Source of the DNA: Squalus acanthias | Lineage: Eukaryota | Length of the DNA stretch: 64,000 nucleotides | Reading direction: 5' to 3' | Assembly: GCA_030390025.1 (NCBI GenBank) | Contig: CM059432.1 | Location: 45,758,001-45,822,000, forward strand | Shown: piece after piece, positions 1 through 12,458 of the stretch | How positions within the stretch are numbered: the first letter of the stretch is position 1 | How the letters are laid out: every line of letters starts with the position of its first letter | The notes under the pieces: model-generated | What the model was told of the DNA's origin: nothing | The model's database searches: none | What the model saw: only the letters and a program-made list of their open reading frames with translations | Program-made: the position numbers and the translations under genes

Positions 1-1198
1 CCTTCCCGACCATACTCTTGCACATCTTTACTCACACCAACTTGCCTTGCACTTCCACCCATTCCTCTCTATCTACATTATCACTTCCCCATCTCACTAG
101 CCACCCCTCACACTCACCCTCATCCTACTGCAAGCATACCAACTAAGAACACACAAGGGTAGGCACTTGGGTGGTTTATCCGATGGTCATGTGAAGTTTC
201 TGGTAATGTGCGGTCAAATATTGAAATCTTTATTTTGAACACTTTGCATTCTTCGACAGTTTTGTGTGCACCTTTGGAAGTGGCTTAGTGAGTTGCAATG
301 AATGGTGAGACATAACATCTCCCCCCCCCCCCACAATGGTGATGAGTGTGAAAGGAATGGCTTGGACATTGCAGGGATGCTTTATGGTGCTGGTGTGGGG
401 TGGTGCCAACCTGCTGCATCATGTGGCAGCCAGGGTGTACAGTGTTAAGTGAAGCAAATCTGGAAATGGTGAGCCCATCACTGGCATCCCGGGCAGCAAT
501 GTGGTCGGGTGCTGATGCCCTGTGTCCTGTGCAGCTTCTGTTGATTGCGGAGGAAGTTGGCGATGTTGGTGTGCCTGGTGATGTTGGTGTTGGGGCTGAT
601 TGTGTTGGGATTCTGAGGACCAACGTGAGATTTTTTCCAAGGGCACCGATGTTGCTGGAATAGATGGCAGCTGAAGTTGAGATGACAGAAGCAATCTGTC
701 AAAGGTGGGAGAGCTTGCTCCAAGGAGGTGACAGTGGATAGAGAGTTTACTCCAAACACTTGCAAACTGCATACAGCTCAAATGTTTCTTCCAAGTCCTG
801 AAGGCTCAAGCTTCTGACATTGGAAAGTGAACAGCTGTGAAATGGTAGCTTTCATACCACTTTTGCAGCTGTCACCTATTCACAGCAATGGGAAGACATA
901 GAGAACCCGACCTACTTACCTGATGTGATCTCCGAATGAAGTGAACCCTGTTAAAATGTGGTAAAATAGAAAAAGGCTGACAAAATAGTAGTAAACAAGC
1001 ACTTAACAAACAGTTAAGTATCTTAAATCCTCCCCCGCCGCTTGGTGTCGGGTCTGTTCTGAAATCGCAGACCCGACACTCTGGAAACTTACATGGAGGT
1101 GGGTTCGCAGCGGGTTCCCAACCCGCTGTCAATCACTTCGATTTTGATATCGGACCCGCCTCCAAACCCGCACTCTGAGCGCCGGAAAAATTCTGCCC
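1..1198 (-). mobile_element. Degenerate PIF/Harbinger-type element, right part (left end outside window)
   Basis: Minus-strand peptide APDHIAARDASDGLTISRFA resembles the transposase C-terminus at 45675-45896 (APPAVHIATRDALIIARFS). It ends in TIR-like AAAATTCTGCCC. Confidence 0.55.
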
Positions 1199-1904
1199 TT
1201 TAACTCTGTTTCTCTCTCCACAGATGCTGCCTGATCTGCTGAGCGTTTCCAGCATCTTCTGTTTTTATTTCAGTACTGTGCTTCCTTGGTGCTAGTGTAA
1301 GTATGAAGCCCCAGATTGGCAACAGCGCTACTATTCCGAAACCAAAGCAAACTACTCGATGATCATTAAGGTCACTTTTTTATTGCTGATTTACAAACCT
1401 GAGGTTTTTGTGTATATTTCAGGTTCTATTTTTAGTGTTAAGAATCGGGGGAATTGGAAACCCAGAAATCCAGGTAAATTCAGAGAAAATCTGCTTTTAT
1501 TTGGAACATTTGAATGGAGTTGATGGCTCTATCGAAGCAATCCAAAAGAGTTCCAGCAATGGCCCAGATAATTACCCATCAAGCAGACAATACTACCACA
1601 TGCGCCACATTTGAAGGAGAGAATTACAATGAGGTAGTGCAAAAGATTCAGAGGAGGTAACAGATTTTTAATTTATTGTATAATTTTAAAAAACGTTCAA
1701 GGACAGACAGAACTGTGGGCAAGGCACAGATGACATCTTTTAGGCAGAGTTTTTATTTCCTTTCACGTTTTATGTACTTTCGATGCATACACAGTATACG
1801 CTTTTCTCCATCTTTAAAACTTTAAATGGGAATGTGCAGGCAGGAAGGAAATCATAAAAGAATCGGATTGTTTTCTCCACGTTGAAGTTTAAAGACATTT
1901 TGTA

Positions 1905-3490
1905 GTGCTAAAAGAAAGTCAGATATACCAAGCAAGAAGGTAACGTGCCCAATTTTGGGGCACCTTTCTGACAGATGTCAAGGAGAGGGTGTAGAAGAGA
2001 TTCACTAAGATCATACCAGTGATAAGAGGGCTTAGTTATGAGGAATTGGGACTCTTTCCATTACAGCAAAGAAGTTTAAAAGGAAATCTGATAGAGGGGA
2101 TCAAAATTATAAGGGAACATGTTAAGGTAAATCAGAGAAAAATATTTCCGTGGATCTGTGAGTCAGTAACTAGAAGGCATACATTTCAGATAATCACCAA
2201 AAGAATGAAGGATGTGGTCAAGAGATATATATGCAGATAGATATATATGCAGAGGGTTGTTAGGATATGGAAAGCTCTACCAGAATCAGTTGTGGAAGTA
2301 GAAGAAAGTTCACTAGACTGATTCCTGGGATGAGGGGATTGTCCTATGAGGAGTGATTGAGTAGACTAGGCCTCTATTCTCTAGAATTTAGAAGAATGAG
2401 AGGTGATCTCATTGAACTATATAAAATTCTTAAGGGGCTTAACAGGTAGGTGCTGGGAGAATGTTTCACCTGGCTGGGGAGTCCAGAACTAGGAGTCACT
2501 GTCTCAGAACAAGGGGTCGGCCATGTAAGGACTGAGAAATGTAAGAATGCATCATCGCTGTAAAGTAACTTGGCTAAACTCAAAGTTGACCAAATTTAAT
2601 GGACTGGCATACCTTTAGAGACTGAGGGCTGTGTTACTGGCCAAATTCCGTAAAACTCACAGATAAGGAAGTGGGCCTTGAGAGTTCTGTAAAACAAACC
2701 TTCGAGCCATTGTTAACAGGAAATTCTTCAGACAATGGCATAACCGGCCTTGAGGCCCACTGACTAACAGATAAGGAGAGGAAAGAAAAACAACTACTGG
2801 CCATTGTTAATGTGGTCTGGGACACCTACGCATTGGGCGGTCTGCTAAGTTTTGGGGAATAAAAAGTGCAGGCGAAAGAAACTCAGGGCTGCTGCAGTGA
2901 GTCGGGTGACTTGATCGATCGCACAGAGAAGAAAACCTACGAGTCACCGCCGAACTGATCACTCGCTGGTGTTAGTACGTATGTATGCTTGTAATCGCCG
3001 TTGATTTTAAGTAAAGAATAGTTACCCTGAAATCTTTGTCTCGAGTTGTCTGAACTCTAAGTACTTTTAGACTGGAGTAAAAATGTACACGTCTTACAGA
3101 TGAAGAGAAATTTCTTCACTCAAAGGGTTGGGAATCTTTGGAATTCTCTACCCTAGAGAGCTGTGGATGCTCAGTCAGAGTATGTTCAAGACAGAGATAG
3201 ACAGAATTTTGGACTTTAAGGGATTTGTACGGGAAAGTGGAGTTGAGGTAGAAAATCAGCCATGATCTTACTGAATGGCAAAGCAGGTTCAAAGGGCTAA
3301 ATGGCCTACTCCTGCTCCTATTTCTTAAGTTCTAATCTATAGTAGCTTTTAAAAGAACTTGATAAACATTGGAAAAAGAACATTTTAAAAGGGAATGGAC
3401 AAGGGCAGTGGAATGTGACTTAGCAGACAGCTCTTTCAGATTATCAGAACAGACACAAGGGGTAGAATGGCCTCCTTCTTACTGTAAAAT
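1905..3490 (+). mobile_element. Nested degenerate CR1 LINE 3' fragments
   Basis: RT C-terminal remnants (IRGLSYEELGLFPL; GLYSLEFRRMRGDLIE-like DNA) and the CR1 3'UTR motif ATGGCCTACTCCTGCTCCTAT. Confidence 0.8.
2540..3098 (+). mobile_element. Solo LTR inserted in a CR1 fragment
   Basis: 559 bp bounded by inverted TGTAAGA...TCTTACA. The CR1 sequence GGACTGAGA|GATGAAGAGAAATTTC resumes across it. AATAAA at ~2858. TSD imperfect. Confidence 0.75.
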
Positions 3491-3495
3491 ACTTA

Positions 3496-4170
3496 GGCCC
3501 CGATACTTACAGGGAGACAAGGAGGGTGTGGGAAAGCGCGGGGAAATCCCAGCAAAACCAGGGACGTGAAGGTCCTGATGAATTTAATGGCAGACCCTCA
3601 TTATAATTTTTCCTTTCGTTTCCCGACCAGATTAACAGGCTGGCCAGTTGCCAGGCAGGAAAACCAGCAACAGGAGGCTGCAGCTGGGAGCTCTAATGGA
3701 CAGTCTCCAGCAATCGGGACAGGGAAGGGAGTGAGAGATTGGGGCGTGGGGTGGGGGAAGAGAGCCATCGCGGGAGGGAGGGAGCAAGAGATCGGGGCTT
3801 GAGGGGAGGGGTGAAAAGAGGTCATCGCAGAAGGGAGAGAGAACAGGTCTGAAGGGGGCGTGAGGTGGGGGGGGACGGCAATCGTGGCAGGGTGAAGGCC
3901 GAAGGCTTCCTTGAGGGGCCGGGGGGAGCAGTCCTGCTCCTCTTGGCCAACAAAGAGCCCTGGGAAACCCGTGCAGCATCTGTTAAATTTAAATCAGGCT
4001 CCCAATTGCATATTAACTATTTTAATGAAATGAAGTGTCCCACCTCTCCACGGTGAACACTCGTACGCCATGAAACTATACGCGGCGGGTTGGGGACGCA
4101 TTCACCGCTTTTTACATTTTTAACACCCCAGCCCTCTCCTGCCCATCATGGTGGGGTTAATGTCGAGGTC
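3496..4170. mobile_element. Old non-autonomous Harbinger-like MITE
   Basis: GC-rich insert splitting a CR1 tail, with ends GGCCCCGATACT / AATGTCGAGGTC resembling the other TIRs here. TSD not clean. Confidence 0.5.
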
Positions 4171-4769
4171 CAGGATTCTATGAAATCATCATACAAATAC
4201 AAACACTTATTGTTGTAGTACTAATGATTTCATTGAAAGGATTTGCCCCAGGTGGTTTCTGAAAGGAAATAGAAGTGAAATCCTATTAATTTTACTTCAA
4301 TTTTTTTTAAGAATCACCAGAACCTATCTTATGATCACAAGCCAATTACAAAGCACGAGTTTTAGTTACTTGTTATTCATTGATCAATTTTTATGTTAGC
4401 CACAGTTACATCACCTGCCTTGTACATTCCCAGTAGACATAATTCACACATGATAGATCAGTCCCCGAGAAATGTGGAAAGTCAGTTTGTTTCCCTTTTT
4501 GTGGGTGTGCCTTGCTCTACAGAACACATACAGAATCATGTTGGCACACACTGCAATCAGTTTAACCGTAGAAGTTTACAGCATTAGGGGCAGCCATTAG
4601 GTGCATCGTGCATGTGCAAACTCTTTCCTAAAGCAATCCAGATCAAATCCTGCTGCCCTGCTCTCTCCCCATAAACCTGTATCTTCCTCCGCTTCAAATA
4701 TTTATCTACTCTAGATACTGGATTTGTTGCACTATTTCTCTCACATTCACTTACATCTCTCCCCATCAA

Positions 4770-5212
4770 CAAAAACAGTTTGCATTTATATAGCGCCTTT
4801 ATCGTAATAAAACGTCCCAATGTGCTTCATAGGAGCAGTATCAGACAAAGTTTGACACGGACACACATAAGGAGTTATTAGGTCATGTGAGGTAAGTTTT
4901 AAGGAGCATCTTAAAGGAGGAGAGAGAGGTAGAGAGGTTTAGGGAGGAATTTCCAGGTTTAGGGAGGGACCTAGACAGCTAAAGGCATGGCCGCTAATGG
5001 TGGGGTAAAACAAATTGGGGAGGCACAAGAGGTCAGAATTGGAGGAACACAGAGTTCTCGTACAGTTGTAGGGCTGGATGAGGTTACAGAAATAGGGAAC
5101 TGAACACAAGGGTGAGAATTTTAAATTTGCAGCGTTGCTGGACTGGGGGCCAATGTAGGTCAGCGAGCTCAGGGGTGATTGGTGAATGTGAGTTAGTGCG
5201 AGTTAGGATATC
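4770..5212 (-). mobile_element. L2-type LINE 3' fragment
   Basis: Begins with the reverse complement of the GGCGCTATATAAATGCAA tail shared with the SINEs, followed by degenerate L2-like 3' sequence. Confidence 0.65.
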
Positions 5213-5710
5213 AGCAAATCATAGGACATTTATATTACAGAACCAATTCTGGAATCTTGTGAAGCTGCTAGCACTGTGGCAAACTATGAATTTGCTCCAT
5301 TACCTCCATACAGTGGATTCAGACAACCAGGCACAACACTGGAACAACAGCACATGCAACCTGAAACATCTAACAGCAAACCTTGCTCAAAGTAAAAATC
5401 CTATTACTGGCCTAACAGCTCAGGCCACTGTTGAGCTTATGCTTTCAGATAGGCCATTTAATGGCACTTTGCCTCCAGAGGCAGGGAGCAAAACCTCCTC
5501 TCCAGGCAACGTTCTGGGCCTCCAGATGCACATACATCATGTTGTCTGTATTACACACTATTCCTCATACCTATCCCTCATACTGGTTAACTTGTAATTA
5601 TACTTTGTAGTCATGAATCTCATACTAATGGAAGACCAAATGATAGACTTGCATTTATATGGCACCTTATCACCTGTCTAAACAAAATCTCAAAGCACTT
5701 TACACATATT

Positions 5711-6472
5711 GGCCCAGATATTAAACAGTGAGTGTTCACGCGGGGGTAAGGCTTCCCCGCGATATCTCACTCCGCGCCTACCTTTTTCCTCCGGGCCCAC
5801 ACGAACTTTAGTTTCAAGGCCAGTCCCACATGCAGCTGTGCAGTGCTTCTGTGACCCAGAGACGCAATTAGTTCGTGCGAGCTCTGGAATCACGTGATTC
5901 AGTTAGAGCCAATGGCAGCACACCATCTTTCATTCATAGTTTTAACAGCAAGGGCTGTCAAAGCTATGAATCCTACACACCCCCAAAAGAACAGCTAAAC
6001 CTCAATTAAATTAAAAAAAAAAGCCATCACATTAATAAAATAAGTATAGTTAAATAAATTAACCACTTTAAACAAAAAATTAAATTTTTGAAAAAATTTA
6101 AAATCTTTTTAAAAGTTATAAAAGTAAACTTACCTTTCTTTAAAGTCTCTAAAAAAGATAAACCTGTTGAAAAAAATTTAAAATACTTAATTAACTACTT
6201 ACCTTGTTAAAAGAGGGTCTTACGCCTCCTTTCTTTATGTGTAAAATCTTCCATGCTTACCTGCGCGTTCATAGCTGCAAAAATAACTAAGTGCACTGCG
6301 TGCGCGCAGCCTGTAGCGCGCACGCGGTTCACTTAGGAACCGCCCCCTTTTGAATTCACGAAGTGCCAGTTTCCCGCGCATGCGCAGTGCATGCAGGAAA
6401 CTGGCAATTGGAGACCTAAAACGCGAGAGTACACAGTGCGTACTCTCGCGTATTAGGTCTAATTTTCGGGCC
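5711..6472. mobile_element. Non-autonomous Harbinger-type MITE, 760-bp family copy 1
   Basis: Imperfect 12-bp TIRs GGCCCAGATATT / AATTTTCGGGCC; 3-bp TSD ATT; four related copies in the window. Confidence 0.88.
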
Positions 6473-6694
6473 ATTAGTTTTGCAGTCACTGTTGTTGGGT
6501 AGGCAAATGTGGCAGCCACTTTGCACATGACAGGATTCCACAAACAATAATGGGATGAATGATTTATGTTAGTCAAGGAGGAATGTTGGCTAGGACACTG
6601 GACACGCAGCCTGCTCTTATAGTACTATGGATCTTTAATGTCCACCTGAACAGGCAGATGGTGACTCAGTTTTAACATCTCATGCAAACATAAG

Positions 6695-7422
6695 GGCCCA
6701 GAAATTAAACACTGAGCGTTCCTGCGGGGGTAAGGCTTCCCCGCGATATCTCACTGCGCGCCTACCTTTTCCCTCCTGGCCCACACGAACTTTAGTTTCA
6801 AGGCTGCAGCTGTGCAGTGCTTGCGTGACTCACAGATGCAGTTAGTTCGTGCGAGCTCTGGGATCACGTGATTCAGTTAGAGCCAATGGCAGCACACCAT
6901 CTTTCATTCATAGTTTTGACAGGAGAACTGTCAAAGCTATGAATACAACTTACCCCCAAAAGAACAGCTAAACCTCAATTAAATTTAAAAAAAACCATCA
7001 CATTAATAAAATAAGTATAGTTAAATAAATTAACCACTTTAAAGAAAAATTTAAATTTTTGAAAAAATTTAAAATCTTTTTAAAAGTTATAAAAATAAAC
7101 TTACCTTTCTTTAAAGTCTCCATAAAAGATAAACCTGTTGAAAAAAATTTAAAATACTTAATTAACTACTTACCTTGTTAAAAGAGGGTCTTACGCCTCC
7201 TTTCTTTATGTGTAAAATCTTCCATGCTTACCTGCGCGTTCAAAGCACTAAGTGCACTGCGTGCGCGCAGCCTGTAGCGCGCACGCGGTTCACTTAGGAA
7301 CCGCCCCCTTTTGAGTTCACGAAGTGCCGGTTTCCCGCGCATGCGCAAAACCGGCAATTGCAGACCTAAAACGCGAGAGTACACAGTGCGTACTCTCGCG
7401 TATTAGGTCTAATTTTCGGGCC
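6695..7422. mobile_element. 760-bp MITE family copy 2
   Basis: TIRs GGCCCAGAAATT / AATTTTCGGGCC; TSD AAG. Confidence 0.88.
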
Positions 7423-8081
7423 AAGAAGTCAGCATTTCTGACCATAAAGCATTCCCTTAGTGTTGCATTGCAGTATCAGTTTAGATGATGTGCTTGTGCT
7501 AAGCCAAGCTGATACTTTTCACTGGGAAATCATTATCACCCCCCTTAAAATTAAACCTTTTAGCTTTCCCAATGGCTCTGTGAATTTACTAAGCATGCAG
7601 CTGAGCCACACTGACCAGGAAGTCAATGCCTCAAGGAAACTACTGAAGGAAGGGACAACACTGGTGAAAAATGCCTTAAAATGAATCATTTGACTCACAT
7701 AAATTTAATCAGGATTTTAACAAGTGCTTACAGGTATGGGCGGCACCAACTTTGAACAATAGAAATAATTCAACAAAAGGACAGCTGTCCTGGTAATAAT
7801 ATTAGAAAGATCCTGTTCTAAGTAAATTCTACCTGCCCAGAGGCAACTGAAGTTAATTTTCACAACAGGTATTGCCCCTCCTCCACAAAAAGATATTAAT
7901 TGGAACATATCAATTATATTCTTCCTAATATGAACTGAAGTCAAAATGCCAGGTGTGAGGCAATCATAACCACACACTTGTATTTCAGGATCTGAAAATT
8001 CTGATTTTATACAGAACCATGTCAGCAATGTACAAGAACAAAGACTGGCTGCTTTTTAAAATATGCAGCTACTAAACATTC

Positions 8082-8335
8082 TCAGCTTGGCTCAATTGGT
8101 AGCACTCTTGTTTCCAAGTACGAAGGTTGTACGTTCAACCCCACTACAGACTTGAGCGCACAATCTCGGCTGATGCTTCAATGCATCATTGTTGGAATGC
8201 TACACTGTTGGAGGTGCCATCTTTCCGATGAGATATTTAACCAAACTCAGGTGACGTAAAAAAAATAATCCCATAGCAATATCGTGAGCAGGGACTTGTA
8301 TCCTGAGCAACATTCCTCTCAACCAGCAACGCCAT
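8082..8335 (+). mobile_element. Degenerate tRNA-derived SINE fragment
   Basis: A box TGGCTCAATTGG, B-box-like CGTTCAACCCC, and body similar to 13331-13790. Confidence 0.7.
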
Positions 8336-9239
8336 TTGCTGGGTGGAAATTAGAAGCCATATTTGAAAATATATGTGACTCTACTTCAACTTGTGCTTTG
8401 TGACAACCTGAGGATGCGAGAAGGTCCTATATGGAAGCAGTTGTTCCTTTAACTTTGGTTGAGCTGAGAAAAGTGAATGGAAAACATTTTCTAAAACTTC
8501 TACATAGCTTACACAACCCCCACCCAGAAAAATGATGCATCCAATTATAAGTGCTGCTCCATTTTAACATTTACACAAGTACACTTTAGCACACTTTTTC
8601 CCCAGAAGTCTGGATCTTTCATTTTCTTTTCTTTTGGGGGGGGGGGGGTGGTGGCGGGGGAGGATAGAGATGTGAAGAGAAGTAACTTTATGCTGGACAA
8701 GTTTTTTTGATACAGTGCTTGTCCTTGCTACTAGATGATGAGTTTGATCCCTATGTCTACTTGCACAAATGTCTGATCGCTCACAACCAAAAATATAGAC
8801 ATTTTCATGGTGTTTCTTTTTAATAAATTAAATTAAAGGCCTTCACGGCAATCATAATTTAGCAAACCTACCTGTCTTAAATATCAGGTTATCGAAGTGG
8901 GATTATAGGGCATTTCAGAAGACGGGTGAAAAGACATAGTTAGATGTATCTTTCAAATCAACATTACAGCTGTTGGTACCTCCGAAGATACACAATATAC
9001 AACCAGTTAATACCAGCTAAAACCTGTTCTGGTGACAGCAGAGAGAAATTCCAGAGTGCTTAAAGACTGCAGTATACACCCATCATGATGAGGTATCTCC
9101 ATCTAAAGTGTAGGAAAATGTATTCAGAGAATGATTTGAGTAATTACTAATGTAGCAATTCTACCACTAATGTGGCTTAAAGACAACAGCAATACTATTG
9201 GGAGATGAATTAATCTTTGTTACCTGAACATCTACAAGC

Positions 9240-10262
9240 TTACATTGGGCAGAGCATGAAAGTGAACAGACAGATTCCTGCCTCCAGCTCCGACTCATTC
9301 CACATGGCTTCCACTTCAAATTTCACACTTTTTCTTTCAGATCCACCCATGATCACCAATACTTCTGATATTCAATGCTCCTCTAATGTCTGCACTTGCC
9401 ACTTCAAGCAATCCACCCACTTTTCTATGTGCCACTATATACATGTCCGAGACCTCTCTCTTCAGCAGCACTGATTTTATTTCAGGTCTGTCCTGGCCTT
9501 CAGTTTGTCTCATCTTTTGTCTCATCCAGCATTTTAACAAACCTGCTTTTCTTCCTTTCAGATAACAAGGACCACAAGCTTCAACAATTCTTGGACACCA
9601 ACCTACCTCCTGATCACTCTTCCTCTTCACTTTCTTCCAAATCCATTACTCCTCCCAATCTCACCATTGGATTTTCACAGACCCTTCGTCTGACTTTTCC
9701 TTCTCTGACCCAGAACAATCTGTCCATAACATCTATGCTCCCACCTCAATGAATATTGAGCTTGACAATGATGTTGAGTTCTTCCTCCACCACCTCCGTA
9801 CCTAATTTTTTTGCCGAGCAAGCTTCTCCCTGCATATTGGACCTTTTCTTTTGACTTCAGTCTCCACTTTGAACCCCTGCACCGGCCTCCTACCCTCTCT
9901 TAATCTTTACATTGAGAACTGCCAATGTGATATCAGTCATGTCAATTTCTCCATTCCCCCTCATTCACTCTGATTTATCTCCCTCCAGACTTGCAGTGCT
10001 CTGTTCTCTCAGGTATAATCTCAACATCATCATCAAACCTACTGACAAAGGGGTTGCTGTTGCTGTATGGTAGAAATACCTCTACCTTGAGGCTGAATGC
10101 CAATTCTGACAAAGTCCCCTATCTCCTCCTGGACCATGATCCTACTACTGAACACCAAGCCATCATTTCTCAGACTGACCTCATTTCCTCTGGAGATCTT
10201 CCGCCCTACGATCACCATTTCCCCAACCTCTTAGTTTCCCACCTCCACACAGCCCGCTTTCA
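9240..10262 (+). mobile_element. Degenerate Penelope-like element, N-terminal RT region
   Basis: Fragmentary translation GLLPSLNLYIENC and NIIIKPTDKGVAVAVW (the PLE KPADKG motif), with frameshifts. Confidence 0.7.
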
Positions 10263-11736
10263 AGTAAAACAACGTAGGGGTGACCAAAATGTTGGCTAAA
10301 GGTGCGGGTTTTAAAGAGGATCTTAAATGAGGAAGTAAAGTGGAGCGGTTTAGGGAAGGAATTTCAGAGCATAAAGCCTAGGCAGGTGAATGCATGACTG
10401 TCAATGGTGGGTCTATGTGTTGAAGAGGATATGGGGTTGAAAGGTCAGCACGGGGTTAAATAGGATGCCAAGATTGCGAACAATCTGGTTCAGCTTGAAA
10501 CAGTGGCAAAGGAAGGAGAGGGAGTTGGTGGCAAGGGCAGAAGATATTACGCTTCTTCCTACTGTTTTGCTTCATAATGCTTTGGTTTTCCCAATGCCCG
10601 GTACGAATGGTGCCTAGGAGGAAGAGGAGGTTAAATTGTTCAAATCTGAAGATATTCCCGCCGGCCGATATATTATCTTCACTGATTTTGCAGTCGACTG
10701 AGACTCCCACTGCAGGCCCAATGATGTCATCTCCGCAAAACAGCATTTTGACTTTGGAATTCGAGAGGCCCACACGAGGTCAACCCCGACAGCGAAAACA
10801 TGGCAGGACTCACACAGTGGCCAGAAAAGATCAAGATAAGCTTTTTAAAAATTACTTTTCTGTGGAATCCTTGCGGACCACGAGACGCAGAAGTGCTCCT
10901 CTGAGCGCCACAAGTTTTCCTTAGGCCATCCCAGCCCGGCCTTGCCTCTCCCTCCCAGCACTGACATGCTTAAGAGTTTTATGCAGTAACAGTATACTAC
11001 CCTGGAAGCATCCTCAAATGCCAAATTTGTAGATACAGGGAACTTACAGAAATAAAGGTAATCATACAGTTCCAGTCACACAATACAAGTGACTTATTGA
11101 CATATTTGCTTACTGTTTTAATAAATACTTTTTAGATGGTCTACACTCAAGGAGGAGCTATTAAGTACAATATTTTGAGGTGTTCATTTCCAATTAATTG
11201 TATAACATCTTCAAGTTTGAGGGTTCAAAGGCACCTTTTGTAAGGCAGGCTTCCAAGATTTGCATTTCGAGGGAAACTAAAGGTTCTTCAGATGAGAAAA
11301 CAAAAAGGAGATTCCCACTGGATTGATTTAACACCTTCAGCTAGCGATCTGTATCTGTTCACATAATAACCTCAATCTCCATAGGAGAATAAAACTCCAT
11401 CCTTGGTTGCTGGATTTTCAATCATTCCTGAGGTACAACTTGAATTATTGCACTGCGCAATATATTCATAGCAGTGACAACGTTCATTAAGCATTTCAGC
11501 CCTGACATGTTACAAATCAACATCACATTGACCCAACACAATTTAACAGTTGCATATATTCCTGCTGTGGATTGCGTCAATTTGTACTGATGGAGGCAGA
11601 GTTTACCCATATTGCTTAGCAAGGATGAAAATGTTCTATAATTTAGTGATTAAATTGCAGTCTCATTCTGAGTATGGGTGACCTCGTCTTCCATTAGCAT
11701 GAAATTGATGCTGGCCTTGGCTGTTAATGACACTTA

Positions 11737-12458
11737 GGGGGAAAAATTGAGTTGCGCCTCCTCTGGAGCGCTAACTTCGCCGGGGCACTACTTTTAGCAC
11801 CCCGAAAAAATTAGCGCCTCCGCGGCTGAAATTCACCGGTAGCACCCCAAGAGGGAAGCGGGGTGCTACTGGAAGTGCCCCGCCTCCCTCTTGGGGCGCT
11901 GCGAGTGAATATCGCGGCGCTACGTGCTGCAGCGCCACGCTCTGCAGCACGTCGCACCTCGGTATTGCAGGCTTTTCTTCCCTTCTTAAAGTGGAGGGGC
12001 CTAGCGCAGCGCGACCCGGGGCCCAGCTGGGCTACCAGGGATCGGAGTGCCGGCAAAAGGACCCGGCACTCAAGAGAAGTGCCGGGCTTACAGAGCGCAG
12101 CCGGCACTCCGCGGGGGGGCTGCAGAGGAGGCCAGGGACGGCAACGGGGGCAGGTGCTGGCAGGTGGCCAGCAACAAAAATGGCCGCTTGGCACCTCCCC
12201 TTTAATTTGCGCCGCCCCGGCCGCAGGTAAGCCCCCCTGACCCCGTCGGACATAGCGTAAGTCAGGGGGCGCTACCAAAGATCGTGACCGGGCGCGAGCG
12301 GGCGCTGCGCACGGCGATGACATCCTCGCTGGCGGCGCTAACGGTTACCGCCGCCGCTAACCTCCCGCTGAATTTCGCGGGAGGCATTGGCAGCGCCGCG
12401 CCCAGGCGCTAGTTGCTTTACGCTAACGGGAGGTGCAAAGCAACCGAATTTTTAGGCC
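11737..12458. mobile_element. GC-rich Harbinger-type MITE
   Basis: TIRs GGGGGAAAAATT / AATTTTTAGGCC; TSD TTA; subterminal repeated (G)CGCTAAC motifs; ends related to 44445-45337 and 52134-55868. Confidence 0.82.

Larger units (their letters stand above)
5645..7495 (-). mobile_element. SINE body split by two MITE insertions
   Basis: Tail ACTTGCATTTATAT and core CAGCCACTTTGCACA match the reverse complement of the SINE at 13331-13790. The sequence is contiguous once the MITEs are removed. Confidence 0.7.

Noticed and set aside
5711..7422. Tandem duplication or CRISPR-like array
   Set aside because: Two separate insertions with different TSDs; no repeat-spacer periodicity anywhere in the window.
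7460..7684. ORF containing FPNGSVNLL, reminiscent of RIPK2 exon 2 (MPNGSLNELL)
   Set aside because: Wrong strand relative to exon 1, and no surrounding kinase residues.
8872..9102. Minus-strand acceptor/donor pair as a possible RIPK2 exon
   Set aside because: Stops in all three frames and no kinase similarity.
11811..12323. 170-aa ORF and CpG-island-like segment as a gene or promoter
   Set aside because: Lies wholly within a TIR/TSD-bounded GC-rich MITE; no recognisable domain.
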